From the NCBI GenBank assembly GCA_002633005.1, contig NMRA01000688.1, forward strand, positions 4,977-68,976: DNA of 64,000 nucleotides, read 5' to 3'. The notes below the pieces were generated by a model that saw only the letters and a list, made by a program, of their open reading frames with translations, was not told the origin of the DNA and searched no databases. The stretch comes from Phoronis australis. Its lineage: Eukaryota; Animalia; Phoronida. The position numbers were made by a program, and so were the translations under genes. Numbering within the stretch: position 1 is the stretch's first letter; each line of letters starts with the position of its first letter. This document shows positions 26,401 to 33,983 of this stretch, in pieces.

Positions 26401-28071
26401 ATTTTTGCTTTTTTCGAGTCTGTTTTTGGCGTCTACCTCTCTATCATATCAACCAAATCATCACGGATTTCTATGAAATTTGGTGTATAGCTTTCTTTTA
26501 AAGAAGCAACAACATGTTCTCGTTTTTGGACGGATTGTATGGTTTTGCGCCATCTAGTGCCATTTTATGACACAAATAAGTAATACCCTAAAAGCACACC
26601 ATTTGCGATGCATTTGTGGACGCATTTCAACGCTCTAAGTTGCTCTTGTTTTCAATTACGAGCCTGGTAATTTATTTTAATAAAAAATATGTTTAATAAC
26701 ATCAATTATTTTTTCAGATCAATTACAAATCAACTGTTAGTCCCGGTAGTGCCTGCCTTACTGGCACCTAAGCTATGTTTGATCAACAAATTAAACCAGA
26801 TGAGACTAATTACACATGACAGCAAAATGCGATGAGCCACCGCTGTCGAATACATCTTCAACTCGTCAACAATACGAGCAGATGACGTAGTTCGTGTAGA
26901 AAACATTTATTAACAGTTTACAAGAAGTAACGTAACCCTGCATTCACCATAATACCTAATCCTTAACACCACGATTGCTGCAATTTAGTCCTATTTACTT
27001 TTTATGTTTCGAACCTAGTTTTCTGAAAAATAACTTGTACTCTTTCGTCAGACAACTCTTTGACTTTTTTGTGGTTAGAGACACATTTTTAAGCTTTAAT
27101 ATCCAGGTTGGACTCGAAAGACCGGCCATTTAACTCACGCAATGTCAACTTCCGCTTTGTTTATCACAGTGAGCCTCGCTTTGGATTTGAATGTCCGCCG
27201 CGTGAATTAGGTCTACTTATGGTCAGTGTGTTGACTATTGAAATTGTACACATGAGTGGACTCAGTGTCTCAAAATGGTTTCATAAACTATTGTTGTTCC
27301 ATCTCTGGTTCTGATTTCAGAATCTAATTAACCAAATTAACAGACACTCCTTAATTACAAACCACTTATACTTAAAGATTTTACATTGTATTATGAACAA
27401 GAACCATATCATAAGCCAATTACATATTTATATTCTAAGATTGGTTTTACAATAGATTTCTCTCCATTTTCCATTTCCCTCTAACATCTTCCTCCCTTCA
27501 GTTCCCCTATTCTTATTCCCCTCCCCCTTCTTGTTCCTGTCCACCTGTAGGTTCCAGCCCTCATTCCCCTGTTGCCCCTCACACTCCTCTTCACCTGTAG
27601 GTTTACCCCTCATTCTCTCCCCTTGCATTCTTGTCCACCTGTAGGTTTCCCCTACTAGGGCCTAGTCACTACTCTCCCCCCTCGTATCCCAGGTTCCACG
27701 ACTCCTCATTCCCCCACCCCCTCACACTCCTCTTCACCTGTAGGTTTCACCCTCACTCTCCTCTCCCCTTACACTCTTGTCCACCTGTAGGTTCCCCCCT
27801 CCTCACTACCCTCCCCCCCTCGCATCCCAGGTTCCACCACTCCTCACTCCCCCACTCCCCTCATGCTCTCCTCCCCATTCTTTCTCAAGAAATTCCTGAA
27901 AAAGTGGAATGGCTTTTCTGAGCTTGTCTTGGTCTTGTTTCTAGCAGTGCTGCTTCGGTATGGAAAGAGGAATTGCAAAACATCGTTCAGTCATTTTTGG
28001 TTAGTGAAAATGAAACAGTTCATCCATTCCCAGCCTCACTGACTTCTGAACAACGCTTCTTTGTTCACGAG
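2264..28071 (+). CDS. IGHMBP2: IGHMBP2/SMUBP-2 DNA/RNA helicase gene (14 coding exons traced; 3' exons not found in window)
   Basis: The spliced translation matches the recalled IGHMBP2 sequence: [23 protein letters not shown], Walker [79 protein letters not shown] and an R3H RFFVH. All introns are GT-AG with consistent phases. Confidence 0.96.
3004..3167 (+). CDS. IGHMBP2: IGHMBP2 coding exon 2
   Basis: ttttttcctag| acceptor; [40 protein letters not shown]...LPSHSLTP; donor G|gtagt. Confidence 0.93.
3702..3897 (+). CDS. IGHMBP2: IGHMBP2 coding exon 3
   Basis: ttttag|; GDIVGLC...VSVAFDES...[15 protein letters not shown]; donor AG|gtgcg. Confidence 0.93.
4152..4239. repeat. 44-bp direct tandem duplication
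   Basis: ctccccctgttgggtaaataccaccagacaagaagcaataatca x2. Confidence 0.9.
4736..4839 (+). CDS. IGHMBP2: IGHMBP2 coding exon 4
   Basis: caacag|; [29 protein letters not shown]; donor G|gtaac; phases match neighbours. Confidence 0.9.
6472..6632 (+). CDS. IGHMBP2: IGHMBP2 coding exon 5 (Q motif, Walker A)
   Basis: ttgcag|; [51 protein letters not shown]; donor |gtaca. Confidence 0.95.
6993..7193 (+). CDS. IGHMBP2: IGHMBP2 coding exon 6 (motif Ia)
   Basis: cacag|; [18 protein letters not shown]...RLGHPARLL...HSLDA; donor |gtagg. Confidence 0.95.
7210..7274. repeat. 21-bp tandem repeat x3 just after the exon 6 donor
   Basis: tataattggaagccactcatt repeated. Confidence 0.9.
7337..8516 (-). mobile_element. 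Non-autonomous Kolobok-like DNA transposon with ~290-bp TIRs and a THAP/transposase remnant
   Basis: TTAA at 7333-7336 and 8517-8520; termini AGGCGAA...TTCGCCT; long imperfect inverted repeats (about 7337-7630 and 8235-8516). The - strand remnant reads KHFLPSDY...RLKKGTISS (THAP C-terminal part) and ELFRWCQVC...[21 protein letters not shown]. Confidence 0.8.
8914..9091. repeat. 57-bp minisatellite x3
   Basis: gtcaaatgagactgaggctatgaggtaattagggggtgatgggccctcttggttatc at 8914, 8971 and 9028. Confidence 0.9.
9717..9941 (+). CDS. IGHMBP2: IGHMBP2 coding exon 7 (Walker B)
   Basis: tcacag|; SQLKKC...[22 protein letters not shown]; donor |gtaaa. Confidence 0.94.
10045..10235. repeat. ~51-bp minisatellite, ~4 units (one internally deleted)
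   Basis: ttgaatgacagctaactgctgaagtactttgttgaagggcagtttagtttg repeated. Confidence 0.85.
10605..10674 (-). mobile_element. tRNA-derived SINE head (degenerate)
   Basis: On the - strand an A-box-like TGGCCTCATGGG and a B-box GGTTCAAGTCC at tRNA-like spacing; no full cloverleaf. Confidence 0.45.
10752..10849 (+). CDS. IGHMBP2: IGHMBP2 coding exon 8 (motif III)
   Basis: tctcag|; [32 protein letters not shown]; donor AA|gtaagt. Confidence 0.95.
11378..11560 (+). CDS. IGHMBP2: IGHMBP2 coding exon 9
   Basis: tttcag|; [13 protein letters not shown]...[20 protein letters not shown]...VAGHLL; donor AG|gtatgt. Confidence 0.95.
13345..13558 (+). CDS. IGHMBP2: IGHMBP2 coding exon 10
   Basis: ttacag|; DLPDV...[10 protein letters not shown]...SKGNEGEA...[10 protein letters not shown]; donor |gtgga. 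Confidence 0.95.
14482..14605 (+). CDS. IGHMBP2: IGHMBP2 coding exon 11 (motif V)
   Basis: caccag|; [41 protein letters not shown]; donor G|gtaagt. Confidence 0.95.
16740..18258. mobile_element. Short-TIR (hAT-like) non-autonomous element nested in B
   Basis: Ends TAAGGCTTGGAAT...ATTCCAAGCCCTG with TTCCGCGG subterminal motifs; related ends at ~57175-57198 and ~63145; no clear 8-bp TSD. Confidence 0.5.
16778..17803 (+). mobile_element. HINE-like element C (innermost, best preserved)
   Basis: ATGCGCCCACATAT-TT-ATATGTGGACGCAT hairpin; CGTCC-type microsatellite (~16826-16870); internal repeats; 3' GTGGGCGCATTT-CAACGC-TCT-GCGTTG-CTCTTGTT. Confidence 0.8.
21594..21770 (+). CDS. IGHMBP2: IGHMBP2 coding exon 12 (motif VI, end of helicase core)
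   Basis: ttgtag|; [28 protein letters not shown]...FLKSLVEY...VRSAHEY; donor G|gtaagt. Confidence 0.95.
23044..23375. repeat. 18-bp minisatellite, ~18 copies
   Basis: cacctgaatagttgtatt / cacctcaatagttgtatt array. Confidence 0.95.
23947..24231 (+). mobile_element. HINE-like 3' end following the scaffold N at 23946
   Basis: Near-identical to 17586-17803 (with an extra internal segment), including the 3' hairpin and CTCTTGTT. Confidence 0.75.
24293..24464 (+). CDS. IGHMBP2: IGHMBP2 coding exon 13 (Lys-rich linker)
   Basis: ttgcacag| acceptor, open frame FSIGQERT...[13 protein letters not shown]...ADKE, donor AG|gtgag. Phase 1 in and phase 2 out bridge exons 12 and 14 exactly. The linker is poorly conserved, so homology support is weak. 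Confidence 0.75.
24780..24940 (+). pseudogene. THAP domain remnant (transposase relic)
   Basis: [11 protein letters not shown]...[21 protein letters not shown] matches the THAP N-terminal half (CxxxCxN...FxhP...WLxAIRR); in-frame stop. Confidence 0.6.
25490..26650 (+). mobile_element. 5'-truncated HINE-like copy
   Basis: About 2.5 internal repeat units and a 3' end GTGGACGCATTTCAACGCTCTAAGTTGCTCTTGTT. Confidence 0.75.
27455..27885. repeat. Polypyrimidine, C-rich low-complexity repeat with recurring CACCTGTAGGTT
   Basis: Almost purely C/T tract with a ~140-bp internal duplication immediately upstream of exon 14. Confidence 0.8.
27945..28071 (+). CDS. IGHMBP2: IGHMBP2 coding exon 14 (first half of R3H domain)
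   Basis: ttgtttctag|cag acceptor; [37 protein letters not shown] resembles the IGHMBP2 R3H (FPPSLNSHDRLRVHQ); donor |gtaggt. Confidence 0.85.
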
Positions 28072-29959
28072 GTAGGTAAACATGTTGTATGTCCTATTCT
28101 ATTCTTTGCCTGTGTGACAAGTGAATAAAATTTTTAATTTTAGCAAGTAAAACTTTTAAGTCATACTGTCTAATAATTTATATAATAGGCACTTTCCTGT
28201 GTTGTTGGCGAGTTATATATTAAATATTTACAATTTACTTGATTTTTTTCTGGTTTTGTTTACTTAAGACATCTAAATCTTATGATGTAGTCGTCTTGGT
28301 GTCTTATAGTGCTTTCAACTGCTCGGGTTTCATTTGCAGGTACAATAGAAGATTGATTGATTCAATGCTTAATGATAAGTTCCAACTTTTATATTATAAG
28401 TTGAGGCTACAATATATAAATAAGGATTGTGTGAACTCGAGGCTTTTGTATAAGCTTAAAAATGACATTGGGGCAGACTGAAAAGGGCAGTTCACCTGGT
28501 GGCCGAATATAAAACTTTTTTGAATATTTTTACAAATACCTGGACCGGTTTGATATGCATACAAGACCAGTGATAAATTAGAGTTTTCAAGCTGCTTCAA
28601 GTGAAAGAGTACGAGAAGGGAGGAGATACTTTGTCAACAAAAGCATGATTTAGTAGGAATTGTGTGGAAAAAGATAGTAGGAGAAGTAGGACAAAAGTGA
28701 CCTCAATTCTGGATTATTTTTCCCTGACTTTTACCAGAGAAACCTCATATCACAATCGGGACACACTACAGGGCCATTGATATTCAATTTCTTTAAAATC
28801 TGATCCATTCGTCCGCCTTAAGTTTGTTTCTCTGGCCTACTGCGGACCCTCTCCACATTGAACTACAGTCATTTGCAACTCTATAAAAACACACTTGAAA
28901 CAATTTGAGCAAGCCTCGTGAAAATATAAGAAATATTGGAGCTGAAATTTGGGTTGTTCCGTGCTCCTTGAGACATGCGACTGATCAACATTTACCAAAT
29001 CATTGGAGTCATAATTTCTGCCCTGAAATACCATAGATCACATAAGGTCAATTTCAGTTCCAGTCTCATTGAGTATTTCTATAGACTAAGTGTACAAAGA
29101 TGTAATGACAACTACTTGTCTGAACAATTTGTTATGGTAATGAAGTAATGACGCCTTTCATTTAGACATGCAAGAAGCATGCACCAATGGAACTCTGTAG
29201 TTTGATGAAGTCTGATGCAGTTCCATTAAATAGAGTTAATCTCATCCCTATCGCACCCTCTGTAGAAGCCGGAATGGCAAGCAACCAAAATTTATTAAAT
29301 TAGGCACATGCTAATATAAATTACCAAATTTGTGTGCTGAGATGGTTGGAATTGTTGCGGAAAACCTAAGAAACATCAAACGTGGAGTTAGTCTTCCATC
29401 CTGTTGTGTCCATCCTGTTGTGTCCATTCACCCTGTACGTGCTATATGGTATTCTAAATTTTATTCTTAAGTGTTTTTATAGATGAGATGAAAAACAATG
29501 CAATTGTGGTTACACTGGTCACAGACAAGATAAAAAATACTCTGGGTTTCATTTTCAATGAAATACATATAAAATAGATTTTTATTGCAAAACATCTTTA
29601 TTAAAACATGTTCTCAGAAGATCAGAAGATGTTTTTTACACCTGACACCATATTTGTCAAAAATGAACAGAACACAATATACTAATTTTGTAAGTCTTAA
29701 CTACACTTAAATGATTAAATCCTCGTCAATGTGATTATTTTTGCAGACCGCTGAAGACATTGCCAAATATAGCCGGACACATGATACCCAGTATAGTTAT
29801 TGGCTTCCTTGTATTGATCAGATAAACAACATTAGTAATTTGGGCTAAACCTCTTTTGAATTAGGTTTTGTCTATCAGCCAAAGATTCCTTACTCCAGCA
29901 TCTGTGGTGAAAGGGTCAGTAAGAGAAGGGCTAATTGTTTTCCCACTGAAAACAGCATA

Positions 29960-30368
29960 ACTGATGTTGATTTTTAGACAAGTTTGACTACTGTGGCAAA
30001 TTGGCATTTTTTTGCCTTTGCAGCTGCATCCCCTAAACCCTTAAACGACTTGTAGATTATTTTTGTGAAATTTTTCCATGGTATTCCTATGAATGTGGCA
30101 ACAGATGGTGACTTATTTTAGATGTATCTGACTACCACTGTGTCTCGTAGTTCTATGTTTTACATTTGCTGCTGTATCTTCAAGTTGCCGGATTTTCATG
30201 AAATTTTGCAAATAGGTAACTATAAAAGAGGTGACGAGGCTTTACCATTTTTGGATGAGTTCGACTTGTTCTGTACCACATAGTGGCTTTCTTTAAGACT
30301 AATAAACATCCTTAGAAGTGTACCATGTGAGGTGCAGTGGCATGTTTCGACTCTGCATTTCTCTTGTA
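29960..30368 (+). mobile_element. Degenerate HINE-like 3' fragment
   Basis: Diverged repeat subunits and a terminal ...GCATTTCTCTTGT. Confidence 0.5.
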
Positions 30369-31250
30369 CATTAATTAGCCAGCTAAATGAGGTGAAATTC
30401 AGCTTTAACATATTGTTATATTCATCAGATATCGTTGCATTTTATAGGTGTCTTGGCATGCAAGTTATTGTCGCAAAATAGTTGCAGGTGCGCGCCCAAC
30501 TTTGTACAAATTCTAATTGACCAAAAATGTAGAAGGGTGAGCTCATCTCCGTGTTTCAATCTCTTTTTGGTCTACAGACCGGGTAGTTCTTGAAGCTGAT
30601 TGGTCTGATGTCTCCATAAATTGACCCAGTTAAATACGAAGATATTGGTTCACTTGCCACAGGTGAAAAAAACATAGTCTTTGAAAATGTGAGATGGAGC
30701 CAGCAACTTGCATCTTTTATCTTGGAGATATAAAATGATTAAAGCTGCATTTCGGTCTGTTTAGCTGTACAAGTGTTAAATTTTTAACCATAGCATTTTA
30801 ATGTTTAAAGAACTTATTTTGTCACTTTTGTTCGATCCTGAGTTGCTGCTGAATTAGCCAGCGAGCTCAAGTCACAGATAGTTTTAGTGTTGTCCACTCA
30901 CAGTAAACAATGAAGCGATTTCTTGAGTCGCTTATGGTTTCAATGTTCTTGTTGGTAACAGAAAAAGGATTCTATATTTTGAGACAGATTTTGTTGGAGT
31001 GAAAAGCCTCATTTGATTTTTGTTGTTTTTAGCCAGTTGAACAGCGAAATGCAACTTTAATTTGTAACAGTCGATTTATTATGAAGACACCAATGCTTGG
31101 TTTTCGCTATAACATTGTGTAGTTGAGGCTGCAATCACCTGTTGTTTGATCTGGCAGTGAACATATTGAGTGAACATGGTTAAACCTTCAAGCACTAAAC
31201 ACAAGTAGATGAACGAGTATGTGCAGCATACTCTTGTCTCGATTGCCATG

Positions 31251-33983
31251 TTATGTTAGGAGTGGAGTTTGAGAGCCTACTGGGACAGTCTGCTTCTGTT
31301 CCAGCAGAGCTAGTTTTAGTTTCTTCCAGAACTGGTCTCTTTCACGCACACCGTCACCATCACCACTCGGCCATTCTATATATGTTACGTGTCTCATGAA
31401 ACATTTCAATTTGGACTTGAGTTGCTTCTTTGGGATTTTCTCCAACATCACCATGACGATGAACTGTCGCTTGACCTTGAGCAATTTCATTAGTGCCATC
31501 TCCAATTCAAACCCTCCCCATTCACTGTTCAGGAACTTGTTGGTCATGACAAAGATGACACTGTGGCTGTCGTTCATACTGTTTACAATGTTTTCTCTGA
31601 TCAACTCTCCAGCACAGAAATCACGATGGTGGATGCACAGTTTCAATTGACAATCTTGTCCTTCTTCCAACTCTGGCATTAAACGATTTTTCACCCAAGA
31701 TAAATCGTCGATGTTGTAACATACCATGGCATCGTAGACGCTATTTCCACTGGCCATTTTATTTCTGAATTTGTACTTGAAGTAGTACCAGTACTTTATG
31801 TCCAACCTGTAGTGTGCCAGAACAAGTACAGGGGTAATCAAAAGTACAAGACCAATTGAAGCCAGTGCTATAACCACGTTGGTGTGTCCATCACACTTCA
31901 TCCAAGGCAGTTGAAAGTTTCCTATTGATATACTTTGTAGATTAGCCGGGTGGCTGCAATTGTCTAACTGTATAGAAATGTGAGTATTTTGGATCCAGTC
32001 TCGGAACAGTCTTAGCTGACAATTGCAATCAAATTTATTCCGTTGGAGGAAAATATTTTTCAGGTTTTGAAGTCCTTTAAAGTTAGATGGGTCAATAAAA
32101 TTGATCAGATTGTCACTGAGGTATAGATCTTGCAAAAGAACGAGACTGGAGAATACGTCTTGTTCTATTTTCTGCAGACTGTTGCTTGTCAAGTCTATGG
32201 TCTTTAGCTTGGACATATTGGCAAATGTTTTCTCGTCCAAATTAGTTATCTTATTGCTTGACAAGTTTAATGTGATGAGACTGGGCATTTGGATTCTTCG
32301 CAAAGGTTCTTCTTCCAGTGAATTAAAACCATTGTCAGCAGCATTAAAATGTTTCAAAATTTGAAATGGAACATGTCCCTTGAACTGTGCTATTATCTTC
32401 AGCCTTTCAACACAAGGCGGGCAGTTGGCGATCTCCATTACTTCAATATGCTTGCCTGGAATTAGCTTGAGGCAGTTCAGTGTGTAACCCATACACATCA
32501 TGTGGTTGGCAACGAAACTCTCCAAACCAGATACGGTCACACTCAGCTCATTCACTGTGCTGTCAGATATGTCCAGGTTCTTCAGTTTTTCATTGTTAAA
32601 TATTGCGTAGTTACCGTTGGGCCACTTGCCCATACCATTCAGTTTTAGGGTGTTTAGGGCAGGAAGTTTTCTTGCTGTTCTCAAAACGTTTTCCAAGGAG
32701 CGAGAATCATAAAAGTGACTCCCTGTGAGAATCAGTGTGCCAAGTTTGCGCAGATCATCAAAGGCGTGTTCATTCACAAAACCTATGTAGCAATAAGACA
32801 CGTCAAGCTCCTCCAGATTTGTTAATTCATTAAGAGCGTTCTGTGACATTCCACTGATACGTCCCTGCGTTACTGCAAACTTGTTGAGCGATGTCACTCG
32901 CAAGTAATTGAAATCATCTGCAGTTAAATTGACGTTGTGCCCAATGAGATTTAGTTCCTTTGTGGTTGTTTTTGACAGTTCTCGGAACAATGTCTTGAAG
33001 AAATCGGCCTGATACTCAACATTTTTTTGCAGTAGGCGTCCAATTGTAATTTCTTGTATGGTCGTGTTCGTTTCTACAAAATGGTCAAATGCAGTTTTCT
33101 CTATTCTAAGAATATAGTTATCACTGATGTCAAGACTTAAAACTTTCATGTTATACTCATTAAAATCCTTTGAAGCTAATTCATAAAGAAGATTGTTCTG
33201 TAAGTTAATGGTAACATTGTTTGTTGGCAAACATCCTTGACCAATACTTAAAGACCTGATTTTATTATTGGAGAGATTTAACAGTCTCAGGTTTGATAAC
33301 GGTAATAAACAGGGCATCACTTTCCAGTCATTGTTAGTGAAATCTACACTGTGAAGATTTGGTATAGAAGCGTCTGCATGGATCATTATGGACCCTCGGT
33401 CCAGTCTGTAGGTGCTCAGTGTGAGATGCTGGAGCTCGGGCAAGTGGCTTAATATCTTGCTGACATCTATGTGCTGTAAGTATTCATACTCCGTGCGGAC
33501 ATTTTTCGTGTGCGGGAAGATTCGAAGTGATTTCAGTTGTGGGAGGGATTCAAATGTTGTTGGGCAGACTTTGATTAGAACATGCTCTTGTTGAGAAGGT
33601 GTGAAATTGAGTGTCAGCTCTTGTAGATTGGACAGGCTGTCAAACACAGAGCCTTGTATGTTGCGACTGACATCACATAAGTTCAAAGACAGAATTCGGA
33701 GTTCTGCAAATCGACTTAAGCCATTTTGATTGAGTTGCTCAAGCTTGCAGCTGTCAGTCAGTGTCAGTGAAATGATGCTCTTTGGCAGTGATGTTACCAT
33801 GGCGTCATAAGATGGAAACATTTGACTGTATGATTCAGCTTCGTTAAAGCTATAACTTGCTGTGCATCTGGTCAGGCACTGGGTTGAATTGTTCACTGAT
33901 GCATACACTTGGCTTTGTGACATAATAACAACTATTACTAGCTGTAGGAGACTACACCTTACCATTGGCACTCCAACTGTCAT
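31251..33983 (-). CDS. Toll-like receptor (TLR-A), single juxtamembrane LRRCT, intronless CDS, 910 aa
   Basis: Hydrophobic N-terminal signal; many LxxLxLxxN repeats; LRRCT NKFDCNCQL...C-SHP; TM VVIALASIGLVLLITPVLVLA; TIR box1 YDAMVCY, box2 CIHHRDFCAG, box3 FWKKLKLAL. A splice acceptor lies 12 nt upstream of the ATG (5' UTR intron). The start could also be the Met at codon 7. Confidence 0.96.
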   Translation of the reverse strand: MTVGVPMVRCSLLQLVIVVIMSQSQVYASVNNSTQCLTRCTASYSFNEAESYSQMFPSYDAMVTSLPKSIISLTLTDSCKLEQLNQNGLSRFAELRILSLNLCDVSRNIQGSVFDSLSNLQELTLNFTPSQQEHVLIKVCPTTFESLPQLKSLRIFPHTKNVRTEYEYLQHIDVSKILSHLPELQHLTLSTYRLDRGSIMIHADASIPNLHSVDFTNNDWKVMPCLLPLSNLRLLNLSNNKIRSLSIGQGCLPTNNVTINLQNNLLYELASKDFNEYNMKVLSLDISDNYILRIEKTAFDHFVETNTTIQEITIGRLLQKNVEYQADFFKTLFRELSKTTTKELNLIGHNVNLTADDFNYLRVTSLNKFAVTQGRISGMSQNALNELTNLEELDVSYCYIGFVNEHAFDDLRKLGTLILTGSHFYDSRSLENVLRTARKLPALNTLKLNGMGKWPNGNYAIFNNEKLKNLDISDSTVNELSVTVSGLESFVANHMMCMGYTLNCLKLIPGKHIEVMEIANCPPCVERLKIIAQFKGHVPFQILKHFNAADNGFNSLEEEPLRRIQMPSLITLNLSSNKITNLDEKTFANMSKLKTIDLTSNSLQKIEQDVFSSLVLLQDLYLSDNLINFIDPSNFKGLQNLKNIFLQRNKFDCNCQLRLFRDWIQNTHISIQLDNCSHPANLQSISIGNFQLPWMKCDGHTNVVIALASIGLVLLITPVLVLAHYRLDIKYWYYFKYKFRNKMASGNSVYDAMVCYNIDDLSWVKNRLMPELEEGQDCQLKLCIHHRDFCAGELIRENIVNSMNDSHSVIFVMTNKFLNSEWGGFELEMALMKLLKVKRQFIVMVMLEKIPKKQLKSKLKCFMRHVTYIEWPSGDGDGVRERDQFWKKLKLALLEQKQTVPVGSQTPLLT

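Noticed and set aside
29748-29800. Candidate next IGHMBP2 exon after ttttgcag (TAEDIAKYSRTHDTQ)
   Set aside because: In phase, but lacks the GLxHxSxGEG pattern of the R3H second half, has no convincing donor and soon reaches a stop; cannot be fully excluded without RNA data.
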